Of a DNA stretch of 64,000 nt, positions 50,099 to 62,459 are shown one piece after another. The position numbers were made by a program, and so were the translations under genes. A model generated the notes under the pieces. That model made no database searches. It saw only the letters and a list, made by a program, of their open reading frames with translations, and was not told the DNA's origin. Position 1 is the stretch's first letter. Each line of letters starts with the position of its first letter. Origin of the DNA: Tubulanus polymorphus (taxonomy: Eukaryota > Animalia > Nemertea); the NCBI RefSeq assembly GCF_964204645.1, contig NC_134026.1, positions 13,638,050 to 13,702,049 on the forward strand, in the 5' to 3' direction.

Positions 50099-53000
50099 AC
50101 TTTTTTGGTCAATTTTGAATTTTTCTAGAAACACTTTTTAATGATGATATTTTCAAACATAACTTTATCAGGTCTAGAATTACAGTTGAGGATAAAAAAA
50201 ATTAAAAAATCAAATAGTCATATAAAGATGGCACTACATTCTGTCACGAAATGATAATGCATGTTTGACATGGTATAACATAAAAACAATTGCGACGGGA
50301 AATAATCAAATTACATTACAGAGAAGCAAATTACCAAGCGCTTCATGGCAGAACACTTAAAACACCTTTATTCATTTGATATTAGATAAAAGCTCTGAAT
50401 CTAAAGGGTTAAATTTGACGAAAATTTATTGAAAATGTCAGTTAGATTTTCCGCACGCAAGAATATATGTGATTGCCTAATATATTAAGCTTCATCACGA
50501 TACTCGCTTAAAGATAAATGCCTGAAGTTGTCATTATAACAGTTCTTTCATTTTCTTGATTGTCGGGTCCCAACACAGCGATGTCACACTTTGCTAGTAA
50601 CAACCAGCCTCCTCCACCATAGTCAGTTAATATTCCAGATATTGTGCAAGTTGACTTATCAGCAGATCATGGTTATTGTTGCAAAACTAGGTCAAAATTC
50701 ATTGATATAGACAGCGTGATAATTCCCGCGACTATAAATAGAACGCAAGTCAGAGCACAACACATATGAACTGTTGATATGCAGTATTCACGCATGGTAG
50801 TAGATTGCGGTGAAATATAGAAGTCATGACTGACTTGCCAGGCAAGTTAAGACAAATTGTGCATAAAATATTTCCATAAACGAAATGCCGCTGCAACTTG
50901 ACTCAAAGCTTTGGATGGATTTTGTTTTTTAACAGTGAATTGAAATGGGAAAATCTTTTTTCCAGTGACAAAATCAGCTCCGAGGGGGAGTCTTACTACA
51001 GTTTACTAATTTTCATTTTGAATCGATGCCTTTACACAGCTGCTGGGCTTCCATATATCACTTTGTAACATGTTGACATCATTTCTATGAAGAATGATGT
51101 TTTACTTTTTTACATGTATAACTTAATTATAACTGTGTACTTGTTTCGAGAAAAATCGATCGCATTCTTCTATAAGTATTTTTGACTATTCTACGATAGT
51201 CTTTAGTTGTAATCTAAACTGAGTTTATAAAAAATAGAATTCTTCATCTTCAACCCAAATTTAACATTCTATTTCATATGAACTTATAACAGTATTCCGA
51301 ACAGTTACTACATTAATTCAAGCAAACTTTTCAACTGTTTATAATCATCCTCAACTTGTTTCAATTTGGCAATTTTGAATGGCCCGTGGCCTTCAAGCAA
51401 CAACTGCCCGTAACTGCCTGTTGACCATTTCTTCGTCGTTCCGTCATCGAAAGTATCAGTACCTATCATCATATCAATTATCATATTGGTACCTATGCCT
51501 ATTTTGTCACCATGATCAATTGCAAAGTTGTAACTCATGACATGTTCTGTGATTGTGGTGAGTTTCAAAGTCATCAGGTTTTGCATATGGTCACTAGGGG
51601 GTGTTGAATAGTAGAAAACTTAGTGTTACCATATTTAATTGGTAACGAGGCATATTTTGTTGTCACAATCAATTACAAAATCGTAGCTGCTGACATGTTC
51701 TATGATTGTGGTGAGTTTCAAGGTCATTGGTTTTTGTATATGGTCACTAGGGGGCGTTGAATATTGAAATTGTTAGATAGTTGAGCATTTGAAACCACTT
51801 CCCAAGTAGGCATGGCGTCCCTGGACCCCTAGTTATTCCACTTGGATCATTCGTCCCACTGGGCTATTGCGTTCATTTTTCGTCCATTGCCTGTCCGTCC
51901 GACACAGAATCCAGTAATTATGGGAAGTTTTAAAAACTCATCTATGCTATGGATTGTCTTGACATTTGGTTAATACATACAAGAATCTAACCAAGACACA
52001 TCTTCAGCCCAAAAATTGGCCTGATCAGAATAAAGATAGTAAGACTTGCAGCCATTGTTGTTCGACAGAATAAGCACCTTTTACACATTTTTGAAGTTAT
52101 CGATTACGAATCAATATAATGTGGAGATACTTTTTTGCACCTACGAATGAGTACTGATGACACCAAGATGGCCGCCAATTGCCTCATAATTGGCTGATCA
52201 AAAATACCTGCCTCAGGTATAAAAGATATCTTTTCAAAGAATACCCATCATAAATTGCAATGAAAAATGGCAAACCATAAGGAGGTTACAGGACTCGGAA
52301 TTCAAGCCAAAATTGATATTTTTGGGCACAAAACAGGTCACAGGACGGCCATCTTGAGTCCGATCGACCCAACTTTTCTCATGCTGATGGGCCCTTTGGG
52401 GATACAAATATATCTGAAAGATCAAGGTAATTGATAAAAGCATCTTCAAAATTTCCCTCGAAAACTTCAAAAATGTGTAAAAAGTGCTGAATTTGGCAAA
52501 CAACAATGGCTGCCAGTCGGCCATCTTGGATCTGAGAGGGCCAGTTTTTGGGCTGAAGATGTGTCTATGGTAGATACATGTATAAACCAAATATCAAGAC
52601 ATTACCTTGAAGCGTCTTCTAAACTTCCCAAAATAACTGGATTTCGTATACGGACAGCGGAACGGACGGAGGGACGACGGACGGAAAGTGAACGCAATAG
52701 CCCGCTGGGACTTAAGTCCCAAGTGAGCTAAAAAGAATGAAAAATGGATTGGATTGAATTCCAATGAGGAGAAATCTTAATTTTTTCAAATGATCATTAA
52801 TAGATTATAATTCATGATGGAAATATCAGGGAAAACCAGGCCACGAGTGTTGACGCATGTTTTTTTCTCATAGATACGATCTAACTCTCAACTTTTCCCC
52901 AAGACCCTAGCCCCCCATCATTTTTCTCAATGGATCTACATCAATCTCAAGAATTAAAAAATGGACCTCCAACGGCAGAAATCCGCTTTTCCGCGGAAGA

Positions 53001-53774
53001 TTTTCATCCCTGAATAAACAGACCTATAGACTACCAACAGGTGTTTGTTCATGTTTAAACTACATGATCAATCATTACGTACGTAAGGTAAGTCATCTTA
53101 CGATGTAGTTCGATGTGCGTACACAATATAGTATGATGAGCGTACACAAGGTTGGACCTTGAAAAAAGGTTCTCTTTTTGAGTACGTACTTAATGAACGG
53201 TCCCTTACCTATTTCGCTCTTGAGCAAAGTCAATCTATATTTTTCTCTAGCTCCTTTTGCATTAACTTTATGGCTAGGCTTTTGCTTATGCAATTCTGTT
53301 TTATTTTTTTCTCTACGTTGGCGAGCTGCTACTTTTTGTTGTTCTAGATATAATGCGTATATTTTTTCAGAGTCATTTTTCTTCATCAAATTATGAAAAT
53401 AGCTGGTGCGAGAAGACATAGGTATTATTGAAACAAATGCAAAACCCAGAACGCAACAAAGGAATTTGGGGACATATACAATGATAATTTGAACTATAGA
53501 GCATTGATTCCGAAAGTTTCACGCAAACATTCCTCCGAACTAATACGCTCAGAACTGATTTCCGTCGCAAAAAATATTTTAGATAATATTTTCCAACAAA
53601 ACATTGAATAAGCGATAAGCATGATCTGCGTGACCTTCATGACTTGACCGATAAAAGCGAGCCTTTTTTTGCAAAATCAAGGCCACTATTTTATTTAACA
53701 CTGATTTCGTGACAAACGGTCAAAACGGTCATTAACCAAAATGTTTTCTGATTTCAATAGTTCCCGACAAATAA

Positions 53775-54239
53775 GGGAGCATCTCAAAATTTCGATAGTT
53801 GCATCAATTAGAATAACTGTCTAATTCATTCTAACCCCCGACCCTCTCCCCTTTGATTAGACACATGCCAAAGTTGGAACTATTGATTTACTAATAAGAC
53901 ACCACAGACAAAGATAAGACATTCACACGAGTGTATTTCAATCAACTTTTGATTGAAAAACAAAATAGCAAAATTACAAGTGAAAAACCTATTAAACTCT
54001 AATATACTTTTCAAACAAATGATATATATATCTAAGATACCAACAGCATCTAAAGGAGGGACGGTTAAATCTACTGCTTGTAATATATATATTTGAAACT
54101 GCAATTCAATTCAATATTATTTTCATTGCACCGCAATAAATCCATAGTTCGGCAGTCGTTATGAATCTGCGGGAGGCCTCCACCCCCTTCCGATAGTTAC
54201 TTCTAATTGAAGTAACTATTGAAATTTTGAGATGCTCCC
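53775..54239. mobile_element. Intact PIF/Harbinger-like MITE
   Basis: TIR gggagcatctcaaaatttc / gaaattttgagatgctccc with a TAA TSD on both sides. Confidence 0.88.
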
Positions 54240-55506
54240 TAAGTCGCGAATGTTATGCAGTTTGAAGGAATAGTATAAACATCTCAGCTCAAAAAAATGT
54301 TACCTACAGAGAAAATCTGTGACTGGGGTTCAAAATGCCAGGTCAGAACGGAACTAATGGGCATTTGAAAGGGGCGTTAAACATGTGGTCATGCGTTTAT
54401 TTCAGTCCCGAACATATTTCAAGTTTTTGAAGGAACAACTGTGGGCCATACGTTCGGTGATTCAATATTGACTTTTTCCCAGCAGCGTGGCGATGAACTG
54501 CTTCGAGTATGTTTGATAACATTGTACATGCGTGGAGCGTCTATGTGCAGCCGAAGAATATAAAATGAGGCTCTGTGTAAGACTCTGCAATGCACTACGA
54601 TAATTGCACGCGTATTTTGATGGATAGTACGATGAGTTCTCACTATAACAAATGATGTTGCGTTATTTAGATTAGTGTCGTCTTAGTGCTATTTAAAGCC
54701 AATGCATTGATTACTAGAACCATCGCTATGTATTGATGAAATTCGTGGCATGTTTGCTTATAAATAGGTACTTTAACTCTTAATGGTAGCTGCTTTAATG
54801 TTAAGTCCTGTGTGTGCCAGATGATTTGCATGTGAATGCACTGGGTGGGGTAAATTTTGGGGGTCCAGCGCAAAAAGAAACCCCTTGACCCCTAGAAAGT
54901 CAGAATACTGCATTTTTGTGTCACATGGTCGATATTCATAAATAAAGACATACTAAATAACTATATCCAGCGTTTAAACCTTTATAAAGCTTCTTATTAC
55001 AGTGTAAATGTTTGAATTTTCATAAAAATCCCAAAATATTAAATTTACGAGGCATTTTTGAGGTCAAAATTCTTCAAACTACGAACTACGGCTCAATGTG
55101 CTGTGAGGCGCTTATGACATAAAAACAAACTTTAATGCGATACAGGTAGGGCGGTCAACTACAGACGCCTACTGAAGTTCCCCAGTGTGTCGACTACAGT
55201 CGCCTGTGGCAAGTTAAGGGTTATGGTAACTTATTTCATCTTAGCTTCTACGTTCTTTAAATTCCGTCCATAGAAATACGTTCGGGATACGTTATTTTTC
55301 AGATTTTACAACAAAATAAATACCATTCACTCAAATCTTTCTTATTTATTTCACAATGATACATTCATGAATATAAACTGAAAGATAAAAGCATTTATAA
55401 AAAGCAAATTTAAAACAATTATACCCTTATAACTATATTGACGGAGTTTGGTACCCAATATTGTGCAATCTGCCATATAGGCCTTAATGATCCAATGCTT
55501 ACTCAC

Positions 55507-55607
55507 TTGATGAAATCATTTACATAATGCATTGACTCTTCATAGTTTTTCCCACCAACTTCTTGACAGTGAACAGCGAGGAAATCTGGTTGGCAACTGT
55601 GAACTTG
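55507..55607 (-). CDS. INPP5A: INPP5A-like inositol polyphosphate 5-phosphatase, internal exon (most 5' exon found in the window)
   Basis: 101-bp exon with tttcag acceptor and gtgagt donor. It encodes QVHSCQPDFLAVHCQEVGGKNYEESMHYVNDFI(K), matching the recalled vertebrate INPP5A segment VVHTHKPHFMALHCQEFGGKNYEASMSHVDKFVK. Confidence 0.93.
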
Positions 55608-55843
55608 CTGAAATTTGACAAAAAAATGATTGACATTGACGGTTGTTAAACCTTTATGCTCCAGATAATTTTTTTCATTAATGTGTACATGATCCTCTTT
55701 ATAACAAGATGCAAATGCATACCACATGTGTTAATCAGTCAATCAACTACTCTAGCACACCCACGCATGAAGTCATAGGCCTAATACATCATCAATCCCT
55801 ACAATGCATTTTCAAAAGCATTTTATCCCTGTGATAACAGTCA

Positions 55844-55959
55844 CCGGGGCCTGGTTTTATAGACTGGTATTGCCTTTAACCCGGGGGCTAACTCAATGGA
55901 TAACGAATTGAGTTAGCCCCCGGGTTAAAGGAAATACCAGTCTATAAAACCGGTCCTGG
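55844..55959. repeat. 116-bp near-perfect palindrome (miniature fold-back element)
   Basis: ggttttatagactggtattgcctttaacccgggggctaactcaat pairs with attgagttagcccccgggttaaaggaaataccagtctataaaacc around an 8-9 nt loop. Confidence 0.9.
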
Positions 55960-56807
55960 GATAAGAGCATTTACCCCGGTGATAACAATAGGAAAATGGC
56001 TGACATTTCGGCCTAATTTCTCACTTCAAAAACTAACTTCTTGACTCAAAAGATTCCAATGCAAATAGAAATAAAGGTCCAATGGCCCTGTGGCTCACCA
56101 TTAAATCATTGAGCGCATATATTGTCAAAAATATTATACTTAATATAAATCAATTTGGATTGAAGATGTATGGGGCTGACAATATATGCGCCTGCGGATG
56201 TGTGAGAGAGCTGTATATACTATCATTGCCGAGTCACTGTGCTAGACTCACTCAGGTGATTACTAACACACACAGCCATATACTGTAAGCTATATTCACA
56301 CACACGCGGCTGACTGCTGACGTGGGTATATACAAATGTAATAGCGACACAGGAATAGATTGACCGCAATTTCACAAGTCAGAATACATCCATCCACAAA
56401 ATGTCATAAAAATACAAACATATACAGACTTCTTTTCTAGAAATCAAAACAAATACCGGCTATGATTTTTTTCTTAAATATACGGATCAATACCGACTTG
56501 GAAGACCCACTATGAACCCTGCCATTGGTATCGTCATACTTGCTAGTTCAGATACTGAATTATATAGCCTACTCCCTTATATTCGTGACAACAAACAAAT
56601 TATGAGCAAACGTACGCTACCTAGTCGAATAAAATGCTCGCCATTTTGTTTTGGGTTTGACATTAGCCTTTCCCAATGGGCTTCCCCAATTACATCAAAA
56701 ACGCCGAAATTCCCGGTATTTCCCGTATATCCGACAAACAGCCAATCACATTCATTGTAGCTCAGGTTACAAGGTCAACTCAAATAAATAGAAGCGAGGA
56801 AATTTAG

Positions 56808-56975
56808 TGTGAAGTATTTCTGTGATAGATTAGTTATAATCGTTCATATGTGTCATTTTACAGATATGGCTGGTATATCGGTATATGATATGAGTTGGTT
56901 TTTGGTGTGTGTACTGGGACAGGTACACACGTGTTTCAGGAGAAGTCCTGCTGGTCGGTTGAAGTGTAGATGTAG

Positions 56976-57008
<33 letters not shown>

Positions 57009-57349
57009 TATATATATATGTATATATATATATATACGTATGTATTAAAGTAACCGTTGGTCGGTAATTCGTAGAATTGAAGAAAATTCCAATCGTGTAA
57101 TGAACGGGTTTTTGGGACGTAAATATTTGTAAAACAAATGTTTAGATACTAAGTATATTTTATTCAATACATAACCTATGATTTATTGTGGTATATATTT
57201 TGCAGCTTTAGATCAGGAATTGTATAATAGAATGTGTTCGAGATATTAAAGAAAGACAATTGTACATAGTGTAAATAAATTGTTCGTGAAGTTGAAATTA
57301 CGAATCATATTTATTTGATGGATTGATGGCTCTACAGAAATTCGTGACA
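56808..57349 (+). mobile_element. Putative 5' LTR of the Gypsy element
   Basis: TGT...ACA ends with a 13/16 inverted match (tgtgaagtatttctgt / acagaaattcgtgaca). Contains (TA)n and AATAAA and is followed immediately by the primer-binding site. The start is unconfirmed because the 3' LTR is outside the window. Confidence 0.65.
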
Positions 57350-57350
57350 T

Positions 57351-57368
57351 TGGGGGCTTGTCTGGGAG
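57351..57368 (+). promoter_or_regulatory. Primer-binding site, tRNA-Pro type
   Basis: tgggggcttgtctgggag versus the canonical Pro PBS TGGGGGCTCGTCCGGGAT (15/18; two differences are CpG transitions). Confidence 0.8.
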
Positions 57369-57674
57369 AGTCATCTTCCCTGTATGTGGTATGCTGAAAC
57401 ATACCAAACTGAAGACAGTTTAGTATCAGTCGAAACGAAATATTTAATACACTGTCGGAACGAAACATCGGAGACATCGTTACCTTGTCGTTTTTTTTTT
57501 CGTATAGGTTTTCGATCATATGTAGTGGTGTTGTGATGTTAGCACTCGACGGTTACACCCTTGCAGTGAGCTGGTCGCTGGTATAACAGTATTACAGTCA
57601 TAGTGTGACTTCGTGGTTACATTATAAATAAAGGTATGTTCATTATCTATTTTCGCTTTCACAATTAACTTAAC

Positions 57675-59053
57675 ATGGCTACAAAAGAAATAGATGATTT
57701 GATTTCTTTGGGGAAGTCGATGGGCTTCGACGGAAAAGACCTGTCCGATTTTGTTCTAGAAGAAAGGCTCCGCATCAGGGAGGAAAATAAATTATTGAGG
57801 GAACAAGAGGAACAGGAAAGAGAACGGCAACATGAGTTAGAACTAGCCCGTATGAATTATCAGGGAAGTTCAGGTCAGTCAGTTAAGGTAAAATATCCAA
57901 ATTTACCTCCTTTCGATGAGCGTAACGAGGATATGGATGCATATCTTTTTCATTTTGAAAAGTATGCCGAGTCGAGAGGTTGTCCTCGTGAAGATTGGGT
58001 TGCATGTTTAATTGGTTGTTAAAGGGGGAAGCCCTAAATGTTTATAGGTGTATGTCCCAGGAAGAAGCTAATAGATATGATTCTCTGAAAGAGGCATTGT
58101 TAAAAAGATAACAATCGACTCGGCAGGGTTTCCATGATAAATTTAGGGATGAGTTTCCTAAAAAGGGCGACTCATTCGATCAATTCGCAGTAAGACTGCA
58201 GGGGTATTTTGAAAGGTGGATTGAATTGAGTGAAATTGAGAAATCCTATGGATCTTTATTCGATTTGATTATGCAAGAACAAATTTTGATAGTTTGTTCT
58301 GGTCCTGAAAGAAATGATTAAAATTGCCATTAGTTATTTAGATGCACATATGTCGAGTACTTATGAAACTCGAGTATATCTCATAAGTAATATCTATATG
58401 TCGAGTACTTATGGCGGTAATGAATAAAGGTAAAAAGTTACCAAGTAGGAAACCGTAAGAAGAGAGTAGGGGAAAACAAGAAAGAGTTTGTTTTCAATGT
58501 AATAAACCAGGACATATAGCAAGGGATTGTAAGAAAGTGGAGGAACGGAGGAAAGGTTGTAATTTGCGAATGTGTTTCATTTGTGATAAAGTTGGTCATT
58601 ATGCTAAGGATTGTCCTAATAATTCAAATTAGGTAAAAGGTATGTTCTTTTCTGAAAGTCCCAATGACAATACAGAGTTTATAACATTTGAGAGTGGATG
58701 GAAAGCCCCATTGAGTTGTGAAAATGGTGTTAAATTCATTAAGACGTTGGATGGTCAAAAATTACATTATGGTTCACTAGGGGTTTCTGAACAATTCAAT
58801 CAGACATCGAATAATCCGGTGAAAGAAGGGTTCGTTCAAGGTAGGAAAGTTTCAGTCCTCAGAGATACAGGTTGTTCTTTGGCTGTAGTACATGAGAAAT
58901 TGGTAAATCTATATATGTATACAGGAAAGGTTAAAATCTGTATCTTAAGAACGGACAAGTTGTGCAGGCTCCGATAGTCAAGCTTGATATACAGACACCA
59001 TATTATGTGGGTGAGTTACAAGCTATGTGTATGAAGGCATCTGTTTATGATAT
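57675..59053 (+). pseudogene. Gypsy gag and protease, degenerate
   Basis: LPPFDERNEDMDAYL..FEKYA, knuckles CFQCNKPGHIARDC and CFICDKVGHYAKDC, and protease LRDTGCS. Several stops and frameshifts. Confidence 0.88.
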
Positions 59054-62000
59054 GTCCCTGTGCTGTGACTTTTAGGCGCAAGTCGCTGGCTAACGTTTCT
59101 AGTAATAAGCGATAATGCAATGAAAATCGTCATCGGGTCGAAATTGAGATATCGATGCATTCGCCATCTCGTGGATATTCTGTACACTATATAAAAAAAT
59201 TATATTAAAAAAATATCTGTAAGGTACCGAAATTAAGGTTTTAGAATTTTTGTCAAGCCCCTTTATCCAAGAAATATCACGTAGAATTAATAAATTTTGT
59301 GTTGAAAATGAAAAACCCTCGAAAAAAATGTACCCCCTCATGTCGCATATCGTAGGATTCGAAACTAAACGGAGAATACACCGATTATAATGCGCATGCA
59401 CTTCTCCTGCCCTGAAACTAGTGCGCAGCCAAAGTCTCAATCATTTCCTGGTTGTAAGTTCGTCACAAAAAAGGACCGAATTTTCCGTTTCTGAAGATGG
59501 AATCAGCACTGCAAGAAGTCGAAATGTGTACAAAAACAATTTAGATATACTGCAAATTTAGTATTTCCATGTTGAAAGTCATAATTATCGGATTGGACGC
59601 ATTTATTTTGACAGACTTAAAAACTAATTTCCGCCGAATTTCCAAACAGCCGTGAATCCAAGATGGCGGCGCCCATGGACGATATTGAATGTGACATTAG
59701 TAAACAAAAAAAAGTTGCAAAGTGTATTAATGAACTAATGTCTCTTAACATGAACACAGAAAATGACAAAGACAATTGGCAGAGTGTAATTTGTGATTAT
59801 TTTGGTGATGATTCTGAAGATGACCAGATTAGCAGCAGCAGCAGCAGTGACGACAGTAGTAGTGATGCGGATTTAAGTGATGACCGTGATGTTCTTGTCG
59901 ACAGTACTGTGCACACTCCACCTCAAAATGCTCAACATTTGATCCAGAATACCAACACAGAGGTTGAAATTCAGCAAAATGAACAGTTTACAGAGGAAGA
60001 AATTCAAATAGGTAAGACTTATTTCGTACAACATGTTTTGTATGGTCCACTTGACTAATACTGAAATTCCCATTACTGTCGGCTATGAATGTATGTGTGT
60101 GATAGGCCTAACTTTATGGTCCATACACATAACCATGTGGCTGTTTTAGCAATACCAGAATTCTAACTGTCGGCTATGAATGTATGTGGTGATAGGCCTA
60201 ACTTTATATGCCAAAATTATTAGTCTGGAGTCGTTGAGATGTTTGTGATCGCTACGGTATCCGGTGAAACGAAGGTAATTGACGAGGTATGTAGAGAATT
60301 GCCTATGGTTACATATCAATAAAGATGCTTAATTTTTATTTTTCAGAACCACCCATAATCAATATCAGAGAGGCTGAACAAATTGCTACACAGAATGGAC
60401 GTGACCCATCCACATAACCTACTGATGACAAACGGAAGAGGAAGTCAAATCTGCCGAGTGTAAAAAAATCGATTTGTCGCAAATCTGTAAGCGCTGTAAG
60501 CATAATAACGGTAAACCATGTCAAACGCGCTACAGTCCAGAGTATTTGAATAACCTTAGACTCTGTACTGCAGAATTATCCAATGAAGAAAAAGACATTG
60601 CTATCTTGGCAAAAATTGCATGTTCAATGCATATGTCAGATCAGACTATGAACACGAAACGTCGCAAGCAAAAGGAACGAGAGGGAAGACGTTCGACGTT
60701 TTTTCACCACGGTGAACAAGTTTGTAGAGACATGTTTTGTTATATCAATTCTATAAGCAGAGGTACATTAGCTACTTTACATGAACATTACAGACAAAAT
60801 GAGGGGTTCTTAGTACCCAGAATCCATGGTAATAGGAAACGGCTTCCAAAGCACACAATCTCAATTGATGACCGAAAGTGCATTGTTACATTTATTTTGA
60901 ATTACGTTGAGGTACACGGCATATATCTGCCTGGAAGAATTCCTGGCTATAAAAGAGATGATTTGAAACTTCTGCCTACTGATTGTACCAAGAAGAAAGT
61001 TTACTGTGAGTATGAAAGAGCATGTAAATTGGTTGAAAGAAATGTTGTATCTTATGCTTCCTTCCGCCGTACATAGCGTGATATCACTCCATTTGTAGTT
61101 TCTATGAAGCCAGCAACAGATCTGTGCTGGCAATGCCAGAAAAATTCTAATCTGATTATGAGAAATGCCAACAAATCTGAGTCAGCAAAGTCCGAGACTC
61201 TTAAAAAGGCTGAGATGCATTTGTCATTAGCCAAGTCCGAACGGGAGCTTTATAAGTCACAGTGTCAAGATTCCAGAATTGGTCTCCCCAATGACTTAGC
61301 TCTTGGCAACCATGAACCATGTTCCCTTGCCACCCAGCATCCAGTGCATTATTCAATGGATTTTGCACAACAAGTGCACTTTCCTTGTAATCCATTACAA
61401 CCTGGCCCAATCTACTTCAAAACTCCGAGGAAATGTGCTATCTTCGGCGTACATTGTGAGACACTCTCACGCCAAGTTAATTTTCTCATCGACGAAGGTA
61501 TGCTGGTTGGCAAGGGAAGTAATACTGTTATTAGCCTGTTAGATTATTTCTTCTCAAACTATGGTTTAGGAGAAGAGCATGTAAGCTTGCATGCCAACAA
61601 CTGTTCAGGCCAAAACAAGAATAATATGCTATTGTGGTATTTTCTCTGGCGCTGCATCACAGGGCGCAACAAAAGCATAGTGTATAACTTCTTGATTGTT
61701 GGCCATACTAAATTTAGTGTAGACTGGGCCTTTGGGCTCTTTAAACAGAAGTTCAGACACACCAAGGTGAACACACTTAGTGATATTTGTAATGCAGTTG
61801 TCCAGAGCAGTAATTGTGGTTTAAACATTCCGCAGCTTTGTGAGGATGAATCCGGCCAATGCTTTGTACCAACCGATGATTGGTCCACCTTTCTCGGCCA
61901 ATACTTTCGTAAGTTTGAGGGCATAAAGAAATGCCACCACCTTAGTTTTGAGAAAGGTAGCACAGTCATGACTGTCTAACAGTATTGTAACAGTGACGAA

Positions 62001-62455
62001 ATCAAATTTGACCTTCAGAAGCGAAACACTGCACTACCAGACGCACGACTGAAGCCGCCAGTACTGCCGCCACCTGGTCTTCCGATAGAAAGGCAGTGGT
62101 ATTTACATGATGAAATAAGAGAATTTGTAGATGACAACTTCAGAGATATTGTCTGTCCTGTTCCTCAATGTCCAAAGCCAAGTAAAGCTAAGTAAAACAA
62201 AGTTGTAGATTTGTGTTGATATGTTTATTCATAACAATAAACTATAAAATTATAGTCGTAAACTTTAATCACCTTTTTCTCAAAACTATGGTTTCGCTAA
62301 TTCCAAACTTCAATTTCTCATATCTGAGAATCTAGAAGAGCTAAGATGCTGATCTATGGCTTGTTGGAAAGCTTTTTTAGTAAAGAATCCATTTCTGAAA
62401 TAATCTCATTTATTTCCCCTGGACCCCCGAGCCTAAAAATCACAGCACAGGTCAC
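59054..62455 (+). mobile_element. Sola-type (Sola1-like) DNA transposon inserted in the Gypsy pol
   Basis: ATAT TSD (59050-59053, 62456-62459). TIR gtccctgtgctgtgacttttaggc / gcctaaaaatcacagcacaggtcac. Excision restores VYDIVIGNI. Confidence 0.85.
59663..62195 (+). pseudogene. Sola-type DDE/D transposase pseudogene, 2 exons (intron 60012-60346)
   Basis: HGNRKRLP, DLCWQC, SMDFAQQVHFP, HANNCSGQNKN (expected catalytic D is N), GHTKFSVDWAFG and PPGL..ERQWYL..EIREF. Stops at ~60415, 61074 and 61977. Confidence 0.82.
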
Positions 62456-62459
62456 ATAT

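Noticed and set aside
51308-51586. 92-aa ORF
   Set aside because: The N-half is HINE repeat sequence and the C-half is a short unassignable fragment.
53093-53419. 108-aa basic ORF
   Set aside because: Probably a transposase N-terminal scrap running into a MITE end; not assignable.
56490-56540. INPP5A first coding exon (MTIPMAGFIVGLPS)
   Set aside because: No similarity to the conserved LLVTANVGS start, and the donor phase is incompatible with the next exon.
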